Shown: positions 63,583 to 64,000 of the stretch, one piece after another | Numbering within the stretch: position 1 is the stretch's first letter | Layout: each line of letters starts with the position of its first letter | NCBI GenBank assembly: GCA_976226885.1 | Contig: OZ320313.1 | Coordinates: forward strand, 136,710,001 to 136,774,000 | DNA length: 64,000 nucleotides | Reading direction: 5' to 3' | DNA from: Iphione sp. A-MEVVRFRX5 | Taxonomy: Eukaryota | Position numbers and translations under genes: made by a program | The notes under the pieces: generated by a model | Seen by the model: only the letters and a program-made list of their open reading frames with translations | What the model was told of the DNA's origin: nothing | Database searches by the model: none

Positions 63583-63960
63583 GTCCTGTCTGACATGCTG
63601 TGGACTTCACATGAACCACCTTGGAAACATACCTGAAGATCAGCTCCAGCACTTCGTAGTACAACACAGGGAAATCAAAAGAGATACGTATGTGCACATC
63701 TTAGATCCATAAATCTCCCTAACCGGGAATAGCACATAGGTCCTGTCTGACATGCTGTAGATATTATATATTAATCACCTTGGAAATGTCCCTTGTGACT
63801 AGTTACAGCACATCTCCACACACAGATAGTGCATGACTATTTTAGCATAGCATTATTGAGTAAAACATCAAAGTCTGTGACTTTTGAATGCAGTAATGTC
63901 TGCAACTTAGCATATGACATGCTGTAGATGCCACATAAATCTCCCTGGAAACTTACTTGA
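63583..63960 (+). repeat. Degenerate tandem repeat, about 3 copies, period ~157-167 bp
   Basis: TGACATGCTGT at 63591, 63748 and 63915, each followed by a CACC/TCCC-TGGAAA-like block. Confidence 0.7.
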
Positions 63961-64000
63961 AAACTAGCTACTTCACTCCTAAATAACGTGTAAGTACTAT

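Overview
AT-rich, intron-containing invertebrate animal genomic DNA (species not determinable by eye), with several assembly N-gaps. Three protein-coding genes can be reconstructed exon by exon. (1) NPC1-type lysosomal cholesterol transporter on + (20 coding exons, 9241-24159; signal-peptide exon not found). (2) LDAH lipid-droplet hydrolase on - (3 exons, 40671-42280). (3) Minor-spliceosome U11/U12-48K gene SNRNP48 on + (9 exons, 47865-54721), head-to-head with LDAH. The rest is a mix of transposon relics: two DIRS/Ngaro-like tyrosine-recombinase retroelement remnants, three copies of a tRNA-derived SINE, a TA-flanked MITE with minisatellites, a hAT-like element with a 5-bp TSD, and a dead Tigger/pogo element containing a 65-bp-arm hairpin and a TTAA-flanked insert. 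There is also a ~290-bp-period gapped tandem array and several microsatellites. Best leads: a dead full-length tandem duplicate of an NPC1 exon that now serves as the splice acceptor of the live copy; an NPC1 acceptor supplied by a repeat end; a CaaX box plus PPxY/YxxL in the NPC1 tail; a frame-required GC-AG intron; and a tandem U12-5'ss (USSE-like) motif in SNRNP48. All coordinates and identity counts were done by hand.
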